64,000 bases of DNA from an uncultured delta proteobacterium (GTDB lineage Bacteria; Myxococcota_A; Polyangia; Polyangiales; Polyangiaceae). The stretch covers positions 3,296,001 through 3,360,000 of the forward strand of contig CAWDXG010000004.1 in NCBI GenBank assembly GCA_963806225.1, read 5' to 3'. Positions 1-10,400 of this stretch are shown one piece after another; position 1 is the first letter of the stretch; each line of letters begins with the position of its first letter. Position numbers and translations under genes: made by a program. A model generated the notes under the pieces. The model ran no database searches. It saw only the letters and a list, made by a program, of their open reading frames with translations, and was not told where the DNA came from.

Positions 1-744
1 GAGTGGGTGCTCGGCATCGGCGGCATCGACATGCAGCTCGGCGTGGAGGTCGGCAAGAGCCCGTCGTTCGAGGAGCTGGGAAAGAAACACGACGCGGTGT
101 TTTTCGGGGCCGGGCTCGGGCCCGACACCGCGCTCGCGGTCCCGGGCGCGGAGCTGCCGGGCGTCGAGGGCGCCGTGGATTTCATCGAACGCATAAAGCT
201 CGGCGAGGTCTCCCTCGACGGCGTCAAGAAGGCCGTGGTAGTCGGCGGCGGCAACACGGCCATCGACTGCGTGCGCGAGCTCCGCGGCCTCGGCGTGCCG
301 AGCGTGACGCTGCTCTACCGCGGCAAGGAAGCCGGCATGCCCGGCTACGACCACGAGTGGAGCGCGGCGAAGAACGAGCGCGTGAGCGCCGCCTTCCAGG
401 GCCAGCCCGTGGCGTACGAAGGCAACGCCAGGGTGGAGCGCGTACGCGCAACACGCATGGACGACAAGAAGCAGCCCATCGCCGGCAGCGAGCTGGTCCT
501 CGATGCGGATCTCGTGCTCGTCGCCATCGGCCAGTCCAAGCTCGGCCAACTGCTCTCCGGCCTCGACGGCATCGAGCTCGACCGCGGCAAGGTGGTCATC
601 GATGCGGACGGCCGCACCGGTCGCCCCGGCTGGTTCGCGGGCGGCGACTGCGCGAACGGCGGCAAGGAAGTCGTCAACGCAGCGGCGGAAGGCAAAGCCG
701 CGGCGCGCGCCATCCACCAGTATCTCGGAGGCGACCATGCCTGA
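1..744 (+). CDS. preT: Dihydropyrimidine dehydrogenase subunit A (GltD-like FAD/NAD(P) oxidoreductase), 5' end outside window
   Basis: VVVGGGNTAIDC dinucleotide-binding motif, DLVLVAIGQ and FAGGDCANGGKEVV motifs; 3' end overlaps the start of preA. Confidence 0.88.
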   Translation, partial: EWVLGIGGIDMQLGVEVGKSPSFEELGKKHDAVFFGAGLGPDTALAVPGAELPGVEGAVDFIERIKLGEVSLDGVKKAVVVGGGNTAIDCVRELRGLGVPSVTLLYRGKEAGMPGYDHEWSAAKNERVSAAFQGQPVAYEGNARVERVRATRMDDKKQPIAGSELVLDADLVLVAIGQSKLGQLLSGLDGIELDRGKVVIDADGRTGRPGWFAGGDCANGGKEVVNAAAEGKAAARAIHQYLGGDHA

Positions 745-2009
745 TATCTCGGCGAACTGCGCGGGGATCCGCTCCCCCAACCCCTTCTGGCTGGCCTCGG
801 CGCCGCCCACCAACTCCGGCGACCAGGTGCAGCGCGCCTTCGACGCGGGCTGGGGCGGCGCGGTGTGGAAGACACTCGGGCAGCCCATCCAGAACGTGTC
901 CAGCCGCTTCGGCGCGGTCGGCTTCCGCGGCACGCCGGCCATCGGCTTCAACAACATCGAGCTCATCACCGACCGGCCGCTCGAGGTCAACCTCAAGGAA
1001 ATCTACGAGACCAAGAAGAAGTACCCGAAGCACGCGGTCATCGTCTCCTTGATGGTGGAGACCCAGGAGGAGTGGAAGGACATCATCAAGCGCGCTGATG
1101 GATGCGGGTGCCGACGGCCTGGAGCTGAACTTCGGCTGCCCGCACGGCATGTGCGAGCGCGGCATGGGCTCGGCCGTGGGGCAGGAGCCACAGGTCAACG
1201 AGCGCATCACGTCGTGGGCCGTCGACTACTCGCCGGTGCCGGTGCTGGTGAAGCTCACGCCGAACGTGTCGGACATCGTGCCGCACGGGCTGGCCGCCAA
1301 GCGCGGCGGCGCACACGGCGTTTCGCTCATCAACACCATCAAGAGCATCATCGGCGTCGACATCGACCGCTTCACGCTCGAGCCGCGCGTTGGAAACCTG
1401 TCGACGAACGGCGGCTACTGCGGCGCAGCGGTGAAGCCCATCGCGCTGCACATGGTGGCGGGGCTGGCGCGTACGCCCGGGTTCGGCATTCCCATCAGCG
1501 GCATCGGCGGCATCGCCAACTGGCGCGACGCCGTGGAGTTCATGCTGCTCGGCTCCTCCAGCGTGCAGGTGTGCACCGAAGTGATGCTGCGCGGCTACCG
1601 CATCGTCGAGGACATGATAGAGGGCCTCGAATCGTACATGGAGACCCACGGCTTCGACAAGCTGGACGACCTCGTCGGCAAGGCCGTGCCGAGCTTCTCC
1701 GAGTGGGGCGATCTCGATCTCAACTACGAGACCATCGCAAAGATCGACGACAAGACCTGCATCGGCTGCCAGCTCTGCGTCGTGGCCTGCCGCGACGGCG
1801 CGCACCAGTGCGTCCACCCGTCGGACAACGGCTCGCGCGTGCCGCGCATCGACGAGTCCGAGTGCGTCGGCTGCAACCTGTGCCAGATCGTCTGCCCCGT
1901 CCCCGGCTGCATCAGCATGGTCGAAGTGGAAAACGGCTTCGAGCCCGCCACCTGGAACCAGCACGTCACCCTCGAAGCCAAGCTCAGGCCCAAGAAGGGC
2001 GTGCACTAG
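737..2009 (+). CDS. preA: Dihydropyrimidine dehydrogenase subunit B (FMN barrel plus 2x[4Fe-4S]); one +1 frameshift at ~1096
   Basis: NPFWLASAPPT, GWGGAVWKT and NNIELI in frame 737-~1095; ELNFGCPHGM, VKLTPN, SLINT and C-terminal CIGCQLC/CVGCNLC ferredoxin motifs in frame 1098-2009; GGAGG RBS upstream. Confidence 0.9.
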
Positions 2010-2384
2010 GCGTTCCGCGGGTACCTCGCCCCGCACCGTCGCCAACCAGATCGCGGCGATCCTCCGCCGCTGAAGCTCGGCTCGCGCCGCGAGCTGGCGC
2101 GCTACTCGCCGCGCGCGTCGGCGTGAGCGCGCTGCTCGTTTGCCAGGAAAGCGCCGCCGCGCGCGCCCCCGCTCCTGGCCGGAGTGTCGCTTCCTGGAAC
2201 CGGTAGAACGACCAATTGACTATGGACCGCTCCAAAGCGATCGGGTACTTCTGGATGGCGAATCGCGGCATCGCCGTTGATTGTCGTTACCGGTGCTCGG
2301 AGACCATCCGCTCGGCAAGGGCGAAGCGCTCCGGCACGAAAGGACGAACCAGGATTGGTGCGTCCCGCTGGGAGGCTCGCCGCC

Positions 2385-5300
2385 ATGAAGCTGCGCTCGC
2401 TTGCGCTTCTCGTAGTCTCGCTGGTCGTTGTCGGGTGCGGGTCAGGTGGCGGGCCAGCGCCATCGCACGACGCGCCCGACGCCGCGGCACCCACACCAGC
2501 CACCGCGCCAGTCGTGGTCCGCGCCACCGGACATCCCGCGCTCCGCGGTGTCCTCGGTCCGCGAGCGCGCGCCGCGCGCATCCGCGCCGTACAGAACAAC
2601 GCCGGACCTCGCTTCGCGGTGCGCATGAAAGGCGATCGGGCCCGGCTTGGCGCAATTGCGCTCGGGCTCCACGGCGCATCCGCGGTGACGGCGCGGTCGG
2701 TGCGAGAAAACCGCGTCGAGCTGCAGCGGGGGCCGGACCTGACGGAGTGGTACCAACAGGGGCCGCTGGGCCTCGAGCAGGGCTTCGATGTGGCGAAGGG
2801 CAGCGCGTCGATCGTGCTGCACGTCGCGGTCACCGGCGCGGCGCCGGTGCAGGCGGGGGACGGCGAGATTGCGCTCGTCCAGGGGGCGCGCGTCGTGGCG
2901 CGGTACGGCGAGGCGTATGCGGTCGATGCGAAGGGGCGCGCGCTGGGCGTGAAGCTCGTCGCGGAGAACGGGGGGATCGAGATCCGGGTGGCGGCGCGGG
3001 GCGCGGTGTTTCCGGTGGAGATCGACCCGGTGGTGTGGGTGCAGCAGGCGGAGTTGTTGGCGAGTGACGGCGTAGCGAATGACAACCTGGCGCTGGGGGC
3101 CGCGCTATCCGGTGACACTGCGCTCGTCGGCGCCTATGGCCGTGCCAGCCTGACCGGCGCGGCCTACTTCTTCGTCCGCTCCGGCAAGACCTGGACTCAA
3201 CAACAGAAGCTCGCCGGGCCCGGAACAGGAAGCGCTTTCGGCATTTCGGTAGCGCTCTCCGGCACCACCGCCCTCGTGGGCGCTTCGAGCTATAATAACT
3301 ACACGGGCGACGCATATGTCTTCGTACGTTCCGGGACGGCGTGGAGCCGGCAGAAAATACTCCTCGCGAACGACTTTGCGCCGTCGAACTACTTCGGCTG
3401 TTCGGTGGCTGTCGCTGGCAATGACGCGCTCGTCGGCGCTACGGGCAACAACAGCTCCACCGGCGCCGCATACGTGTTCGTGCGTTCCGGCACCACCTGG
3501 ACCCAACAGGCCCAGCTTGTCGCGAGCGATGGCGTGACGGGCGACAGCTTCGGCACCACGGTGGCGCTGTCGGGAGATACCGTGCTCGTCGGCGCGGACA
3601 AGAAGAACAACCACACCGGTGCTGCCTACGTCTTCGTGCGCTCTGGCACCGCCTGGACCCAACAGAAGGAGCTGCTTGCAGGCGATGGAGCTGCGAACGA
3701 CCGATTCGGTGCGTCCGTCGCGCTCTCGGGCGACACGGCAATTGTCGGTGCGTACGACAACGCCAGTGGCCAGGGCGCGGCGTATGTCTTCGTACGCTCC
3801 GGCACATCCTGGACGCAACAGCAGAAGCTCGTCGATGGCGTGCCGCTAGGCCTTTTCGGCTACGCCGTCGCACTCGTCGGCGATGCCGCGCTGATCGGCT
3901 CGCCTGAGCAGAACAACAGAACTGGAACGAGCTACGTCTTCTTCCGCTCTGGCACCACCTGGACCCAACAGGCAGAGATCAAGGCAAACGACGGAGTCTC
4001 CAACGACGTTTTCGGCAAGTCGGCCGCACTCGCTGGTGACACGGCGCTGTTCGGCGCTCCAGGCAAGAACGGGAATGCCGGTGCGGCGTACGTCTCCGTC
4101 CTCACCTATCCGAACAGCAGCGCATGCCCCACCGGTGGCCAGACGTTCTGCGCCAGCGGCTTCTGCGCCGACGGCTACTGCTGCGACAGCGCTTGCAACC
4201 AGCCGTGCCAGACCTGCTCCGCAACGCCCGGCACGTGCACCCCGGTAACAAAGGGCACCGCCAGCACGTGCGGGGCCTACGTGTGCGACGGCGCAAACGG
4301 GGCGTGCCCATCGGCGTGTACCGATGACTCGAACTGCGCCACCGGCTACTACTGCAACGCCAACGGCAGCTGCGTCGCGCAGAAAGCTCAAGGGAAAAGC
4401 TGCAACGCCAGTGGCGACTGCAAGACCGCCGGCTGTCGGGTGTGTTCGACCGGCAACTGCGTCGACAACGTCTGCTGCGACACCGCCTGCAACGGCACCT
4501 GCGAGGCCTGCACCGGTGCGAAGAAAGGCTCCGGCACCGACGGCACCTGCAGCACCGTCGCCGACGGTACCGACCCGGACAGCGAGTGCGCGCCCAACAT
4601 GTGCCACGCCGGCCAGTGCGCTTCCAGCTGCACGACGAGCGCGGACTGCACGCAGGGAACGGTATGCGTTGGCGGTGGCTGCATCACACCTGCGGCGCAG
4701 GGCGCGACGTGCACCAGCAACCTCGCGTGCCAGAGCGGCAACTGCGTCGACGGCGTCTGCTGCGACACGACCTGCACCGGCCAGTGCGAAGCCTGTGACG
4801 GGCCGACGAAGGGCACGTGCTCACCGATCACGGGACAGCCGCATGGAACGGTCCGAGCGCCGTGCAAGGGCGACGGCTCGAAGTGCAGCGGGGCCTGCGA
4901 CGGCAAGGACCGCACGCAGTGCCAGTACCTGGCCGCCGGCAAGGTGTGCGGCACGGATTCGTGCTCCAACGGCTCGGCGCAGACTTCGGCGTGCGACGGG
5001 CAGGGCACGTGCGCGGCGGAGAAGGCGCAGCCGTGCAGCCCCTACGTCTGCGGCGCGGACGCCTGCCTCGCCACCTGCACCAAGGACACGGACTGCGCGA
5101 CCGGGTACGAGTGCAAGAGCGGCGCCTGCACGCCCGCCAGCGGCGCCCACTGCTCCACGGACGGAAATAGCTCGATCAAGGCGGACGGCACCGAGGTGCC
5201 GTGCGGCGTATACACCTGCGACCCGACTTCCGGCGCCTGCAACAAGGTGTGCAGCAACGGCTCGACCGACTGCGCGACGGGCTACGCCTGCGACCCCACC

Positions 5301-5447
5301 AGCAAGACCTGTGTCAAGACGAGCGGAGGTAGCAGCAACAGCTCCGGCGGCTGCGGCTGTCGCGCCGCCGGCGGTACGCGAAGCAGCGGCGCGCCCTGGC
5401 TGCTGCTGCTCGGCGTCGGGCTGCTTGTCGCGCGGCGGCGGCGCTAG
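2385..5447 (+). CDS. Surface protein: lipoprotein-like signal, 7 FG-GAP repeats (beta-propeller), Cys-rich stalk, MYXO-CTERM tail
   Basis: GGAGG at 2371, ATG 2385; LVVVGC lipobox-like; 7 x (FG.svAlsGdtAlVGA..GAAYVFVRSGT.WTQQ); C-terminal GGCGC-x-hydrophobic-RRRR. Confidence 0.85.
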   Translation: MKLRSLALLVVSLVVVGCGSGGGPAPSHDAPDAAAPTPATAPVVVRATGHPALRGVLGPRARAARIRAVQNNAGPRFAVRMKGDRARLGAIALGLHGASAVTARSVRENRVELQRGPDLTEWYQQGPLGLEQGFDVAKGSASIVLHVAVTGAAPVQAGDGEIALVQGARVVARYGEAYAVDAKGRALGVKLVAENGGIEIRVAARGAVFPVEIDPVVWVQQAELLASDGVANDNLALGAALSGDTALVGAYGRASLTGAAYFFVRSGKTWTQQQKLAGPGTGSAFGISVALSGTTALVGASSYNNYTGDAYVFVRSGTAWSRQKILLANDFAPSNYFGCSVAVAGNDALVGATGNNSSTGAAYVFVRSGTTWTQQAQLVASDGVTGDSFGTTVALSGDTVLVGADKKNNHTGAAYVFVRSGTAWTQQKELLAGDGAANDRFGASVALSGDTAIVGAYDNASGQGAAYVFVRSGTSWTQQQKLVDGVPLGLFGYAVALVGDAALIGSPEQNNRTGTSYVFFRSGTTWTQQAEIKANDGVSNDVFGKSAALAGDTALFGAPGKNGNAGAAYVSVLTYPNSSACPTGGQTFCASGFCADGYCCDSACNQPCQTCSATPGTCTPVTKGTASTCGAYVCDGANGACPSACTDDSNCATGYYCNANGSCVAQKAQGKSCNASGDCKTAGCRVCSTGNCVDNVCCDTACNGTCEACTGAKKGSGTDGTCSTVADGTDPDSECAPNMCHAGQCASSCTTSADCTQGTVCVGGGCITPAAQGATCTSNLACQSGNCVDGVCCDTTCTGQCEACDGPTKGTCSPITGQPHGTVRAPCKGDGSKCSGACDGKDRTQCQYLAAGKVCGTDSCSNGSAQTSACDGQGTCAAEKAQPCSPYVCGADACLATCTKDTDCATGYECKSGACTPASGAHCSTDGNSSIKADGTEVPCGVYTCDPTSGACNKVCSNGSTDCATGYACDPTSKTCVKTSGGSSNSSGGCGCRAAGGTRSSGAPWLLLLGVGLLVARRRR
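4990..5193 (+). repeat. 204-bp segment identical to 10304..10507 (Cys-rich stalks of the two FG-GAP paralogs)
   Basis: Direct comparison by eye: cgtgcgacggg...gcggacggcaccg present in both genes. Confidence 0.85.
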
Positions 5448-5460
5448 CATCGCGGCGCGG

Positions 5461-5553
5461 AACGCAGCCGTCGAATCCGCGAACGAGTGGAAGTCGAGCT
5501 CGGGCTACGGCACCTACCTCGACGCGCTCCACGCCGCGTTCAGCACCCCGTAG
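5461..5553 (+). pseudogene. Orphan 3' stub of a lost gene, possibly a glycoside hydrolase-like C-terminus (AVESANEWKSSSGYGTYLDALH)
   Basis: About 30 codons, almost all G/C-ending, closed by TAG, with no start; family resemblance is from memory only. Confidence 0.4.
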
Positions 5554-5695
5554 GCATTGGGCGCCGGGCCGTTCGCCGTCCGATCGCGCAGAGCCCGGGC
5601 ATCCTTCCCGTTGCTGTGGTTGAATGCTGGTCAAGGGGGCCACGCTGCGCCGCGGCGTGCCGGCGCCCCCGGACCTTTCGACCACGGAGACGAAC

Positions 5696-7363
5696 ATGGC
5701 GCGTGACATCGTGAAGGGCTTTCCGTCGACGTCCAACGACGACTACCAGCTGAACACCAGCTCGTTCATCCGCGGCGCGGCGCGCACCTACCCCGAGGTG
5801 GAAGTCGTCTCGCGCCGCATCGACGGCAGCATGTTCCGCTACACCTACGCCGAGGCGCACCGGCGTATGCAGCAGCTGGCCAATGCGCTGGTCAAGCTCG
5901 GCGTCCAGGCGGGGGATCGGGTGGCGGTGGTGGAGTGGAACACGCACCGCTACTGGGAGCTGTACCAGGCCATCTCGGGCATCGGCGCCGTGATCGTGCA
6001 GGTGAACCTGCGCGTGTCGAGCGACGAGAAGGCCTACGTCATCAACCACAGCAAGCCGACGTTCCTGTTCGTGGCGGACACGCTGCTGCCACTCGTCGAG
6101 CCGATCGCCGATCAGCTTCCGACAGTGAAGGGCTACGGCATCATCACCGACAAGGATCTCGGCGACGTGAAGACGCGCCTCGCGCCGGTGCACAGCTACG
6201 AAGCGCTGCTCGCCGCCGAAAAGCCGGAGTTCGACTGGCCGATGATCGACGAGACCTCGGCCTACGCGGCCTGCTACACGTCGGGCACGACGGGGCGGCC
6301 GAAGGGCGTCTACTACTCGCACCGCTGCATCTACCTGCACACAGCGATGATGTCGCTGACCTTGCAGCTGTCGAACCGCGACGTCCTGATGCAGACGGTC
6401 CCGATGTTCCACGCCAACGGCTGGGGCCTGTTCTTCGGGGCGTGCATGGTCGGCGCGAAGCTGGTGTTCCCCGGCATGTTCACCGCGGACAAGCTCGAGC
6501 CCCTGGTGGACCTGATGGTGAGCGAGAAGGTCACCGTCAACGAGGGCGCGCCGGCGATCTTCCTGCCGATGCTCGAATACCTGCGCTCGCTGCCCGAAAA
6601 GCCGCACTTCGAGAACCTGCGCATGGTCTCGGGCGCGACCGAGCCGCCGCTGGCGATGATGAAAGGCTATGCCGAGTTCGGCGCGGAGATCATCCACGCC
6701 TACGGCGCAACGGAAACCACTCCACTGGTGACCTGCAACATCGAGAAGGCGTCGCTGGCAGGGCTCTCCGAGGACGAGCGCTGGGACCTGAAGAAGCGCC
6801 AGGGGCTGCCCATGACGGGGCTGGACATGAAGATCGTCGGCATGAACGGCGAGGAGATCCCGCCGGGCAGCGGCGAGTCCGGCGAGATCCTGATCCGCGG
6901 GCCCTGGATCACGCGCTCCTACCACGACGCTCCGGAGATGACCGGCGCGTTCACCCAGGACGGCTACTGGAAGAGCGGCGACGCCGGCTACCTCGATAAA
7001 GACGGCTACCTGAAGCTCACCGATCGCTTCAAGGACATCATCAAGAGCGGCGGCGAGTGGATCTCGTCCATCGATCTCGAAAACGCCATCATGGCCCACC
7101 CCGCCGTGGCGGAAGCCGCGGTGGTCGGCATCGAGCACCCCAAGTGGCAGGAGCGACCGCTGGCGCTGGTCGTGCTCAGGTCGGGCAGCGGCGAGGTAAC
7201 GAAGGACGACATCCTGGCTTCCCTCGGCGACCGCTTCGCCAAGTGGCAGCTGCCCGACGAGGTGCTGTTCGTGAAGGAAATACCGAAGACCAGCGTCGGC
7301 AAGTTCTCGAAGAAGACGATCCGCACCCAGTACGCCGACTTCTACACGCGCCCGGAGCGCTGA
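5696..7363 (+). CDS. Medium/long-chain fatty acid-CoA ligase (AlkK/DmdB-like ANL enzyme)
   Basis: YTSGTTGRPKGV, VPMFHANGWG, AYGATET, SGD, DRFKDIIKSGGEWISS, PKTSVGK motifs; GGAG RBS. Confidence 0.9.
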   Translation: MARDIVKGFPSTSNDDYQLNTSSFIRGAARTYPEVEVVSRRIDGSMFRYTYAEAHRRMQQLANALVKLGVQAGDRVAVVEWNTHRYWELYQAISGIGAVIVQVNLRVSSDEKAYVINHSKPTFLFVADTLLPLVEPIADQLPTVKGYGIITDKDLGDVKTRLAPVHSYEALLAAEKPEFDWPMIDETSAYAACYTSGTTGRPKGVYYSHRCIYLHTAMMSLTLQLSNRDVLMQTVPMFHANGWGLFFGACMVGAKLVFPGMFTADKLEPLVDLMVSEKVTVNEGAPAIFLPMLEYLRSLPEKPHFENLRMVSGATEPPLAMMKGYAEFGAEIIHAYGATETTPLVTCNIEKASLAGLSEDERWDLKKRQGLPMTGLDMKIVGMNGEEIPPGSGESGEILIRGPWITRSYHDAPEMTGAFTQDGYWKSGDAGYLDKDGYLKLTDRFKDIIKSGGEWISSIDLENAIMAHPAVAEAAVVGIEHPKWQERPLALVVLRSGSGEVTKDDILASLGDRFAKWQLPDEVLFVKEIPKTSVGKFSKKTIRTQYADFYTRPER

Positions 7364-7497
7364 GCGCGCGCAGAATCCGCTGCGCGGCGATGGCAGACAG
7401 CACCGGATCGGCCGCAGAGTCGAGCGTCAGGCCGCGCCGTGGAAGCCTGGTGAAGCTCACCGCGCGCTGGTAGCATGCGCCTCGGAGGGTTCTCGAC

Positions 7498-10400
7498 ATG
7501 AAGCTTCGCTTGCTCCCGCTTGTCCTGCTCGCCGTCGTCGTAGGATGCAGTACCGGTGGGCCGTCGGCGCCGAGCGATGCGCCGGACGCAGCCGCCTCCG
7601 CGCTGGCCTCGCTCGTCGTCCACGCCACCGGGCACCCCACACTCCGGGGCATAGTGAACCCGCGAGAGCGCGCCGCGCGGATCTGCGCCGTCCAGAGCCA
7701 CCCTGGACCCGGCTTCAAGCTGACGATGCACGGCGACCAGGCGCGCTTCCACGCGCTCGGTTTCGGGCTGGAGGGCGGCCCGGCAGTGACAGCGCGGGCG
7801 CAACAGGAAAACCGCGTGGAGCTCCGGCGCGGGCCCGGGCTGACCGAGTGGTACCAGCGTGGGCCACTCGGACTCGAGCAGGGCTTCAACGTGAAGAAGG
7901 GCGGCGCGGAGATCGCGCTCCACGTTGCGGTCACGGGCGCCACGCCGGTACAGGCCGGCGATGACGAGATCGCGCTCGTCGAGGGAACGCGGATCGCCGC
8001 GCGCTATGGCGAGGCCTATGCGACCGATGCGACGGGGCGGCGGCTCGGCGTCAAGCTGGTCGCGGAAGAGGCCGGGATCGAGATCCGGGTCGCGACGGAC
8101 AACGCAGTGTTTCCGGTGGCCATCGATCCGCTGGTGTGGTCCCAGCAGGCGAAGCTCGTGGCGAACGACGGCGCGCAGGGCGATTGGTTTGGAGTCGCTG
8201 TCGGGCTCTCCGGCAACACCGCGCTCGTCGGCGCGTACCAGAAGAGCAGCGGCGCGGCCTACGTCTTCGTCCGCTCGGGCACCACCTGGACCCAGCAACA
8301 GGAGCTCACGGCGAGCGGCAGCTCGGAGCTCGGCTACTCGGCTGCGCTCTCTGGCGACACCGCGCTCCTCGGTTCCGTGGGGGACAACAGCAGCGTCGGC
8401 GCCGCCTACGTCTTCGTGCGCTCGGGCACTACCTGGACCCAGCAGAAAAAGCTCACGGCGAGCAGCACCGTCTTGTTCGGCGCCTCGGTAGCGGTCGCCA
8501 GCAACACCGCGCTGGTCGGCTCCACTGGGACCAACAGCAACACCGGAGCGGTCTACGTCTTTGTGCGCTCGGGCACCACCTGGACCCAGCAGCAGGAGCT
8601 GACAGCGAGCGACGGCGCAACGAATGACAGGCTCGGCTCCTCCGCCGCGCTTTCGGGCGACACCGCGGTCTCGGGCGCGCCCTACAACAACAGCAACACC
8701 GGCGCGGCCTATGTCTTCGTGCGCTCGGGCACTACCTGGACCCAGCAGCAGAAACTCACGGCTAGCGACGGCGCAGCGAAGGACTACTTCGGCCGCGTTG
8801 CGCTGGATGGCGACACCGCGATCGTCGGCGCCCCGAGCAAGGGCCCAGGCGCGGCCTATGTCTTCGTGCGCTCGGGCACTACCTGGACCCAGCAGAAAAA
8901 GCTCACGGCGAGCGACGGCGCAGCCGGCGACCAGTTCGGCGTCTCGCTCGCGCTCTCCGGCGACACCGCGTTCGTAGGCGCAAGGGGCAACAACAGCTAC
9001 GCCGGCGCGGCCTATGTCTTCGTGCGCTCGGGCACTACCTGGACCCAGCAGAAAAAGCTCCTCGCGAACGACGCCGCGGCCAGCGACCAGTTCGGCTACT
9101 CGGCCGCGCTCTCCGGCAGCACCGCTCTTGTTGGCGCCGCCAGAAAGGCCAGCGACACCGGCGCCGCCTACGTCTTCACCCTGCTGGCGACGAACGGCAG
9201 CACCTGCCCGACCGGCGGTCCCATCGGCTGCATCAGCGGCAAGTGCGCTGACGGTGTGTGCTGCGGGACGACGTGCAACCAGCCCTGTCAGACCTGCTCC
9301 GCAACACCCGGGACCTGCACGGCGGTGAAGAGCGCCAACGACCCGGATACCTGTACAGGAACGAATACCTGCAACGCGAACGGCGCCTGCAAGAAGAAGC
9401 TCGGGCAGACCTGCTCCGCGGCGAGCGACTGCGCCAGCGGCTTCTGCGCGGACGGGTTCTGCTGCAACAGCGCCTGCAACGGTGCGTGCAATCGCTGTGA
9501 CGGCGCGACCCTCGGCTGGGCCAACGGCACGGACGGCACCTGCGCGATCGCCCCCGCAGGCTACGCCGGCGCACCCAGCTGCGGCGCGTATGCGTGCGGC
9601 GGTTCGTCATCGGCGTGTGCCACGTCTTGCACATCGGACAAGACGTGTGGCACCGGCTATTACTGCAACGCCAACGGCAACTGCCTCGCCCAGAAGGCAC
9701 AAGGCGCGACCTGCAGCTCGAGCGCCGACTGCAAGACCGCCGGCTGCCGCGTGTGTGCCACCGGCAACTGCGTCGACAGCGTTTGCTGCGACACGGCCTG
9801 CAACGGCACGTGCCAGGCCTGCAGCGGCGCGAAAAAGGGCTCGGGCGCCGACGGCACCTGCGGCAACATCGCCGACGGCACCGATCCGGACAGCGAGTGC
9901 ACGCCCAACACCTGCCACGCTGGCGTCTGCGCCGCGAGCTGCACGACCAACGCGGACTGCGCGAAGGGGACGGTGTGCGTCGCCGGCGGCTGCATCACGC
10001 CGGCGGCTGACGGCGCGACGTGCCAGAGCAACCTCGAGTGCCAGAACGGCAACTGCGTCGACGGCTACTGCTGCAACACCACCTGCACCGGCCAGTGCGA
10101 GGCCTGCGACGTGGCCGGCAACCTCGGCACGTGCTCGCCCGTCACCGGACAGCCGCACGGCACGACCCGCACGCAGTGCAACGGCGACGGCTCGAAGTGC
10201 AGCGGCAGCTGCAACGGCACGGACCGCACGCAGTGCCAGTACCTGGCCGCCGGCAAGCCGTGCGGCTCGGATTCGTGTTCGAACGGCTCGGCGCAGACTT
10301 CGACGTGCGACGGGCAGGGCACGTGCGCGGCGGAGAAGGCGCAGCCGTGCAGCCCCTACGTCTGCGGCGCGGACGCCTGCCTCGCCACCTGCACCAAGGA

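Noticed and set aside
1085..1105. Programmed frameshift or recoding in preA
   Set aside because: No slippery heptamer or in-frame recoding signal; same +1 pattern as other probable sequencing errors
8250..9170. Regularly spaced identical repeats resembling a CRISPR array
   Set aside because: Repeats are in-frame FG-GAP blade junctions inside a long ORF, the spacers are ~100 bp and homologous to one another, and no cas genes are present
3040..9180. AAC-rich variable loops in the FG-GAP blades suggesting diversity-generating retroelement targets
   Set aside because: No reverse transcriptase or non-coding template repeat in the window; differences also occur at non-A positions, and third-position C conservation is explained by GC3 bias
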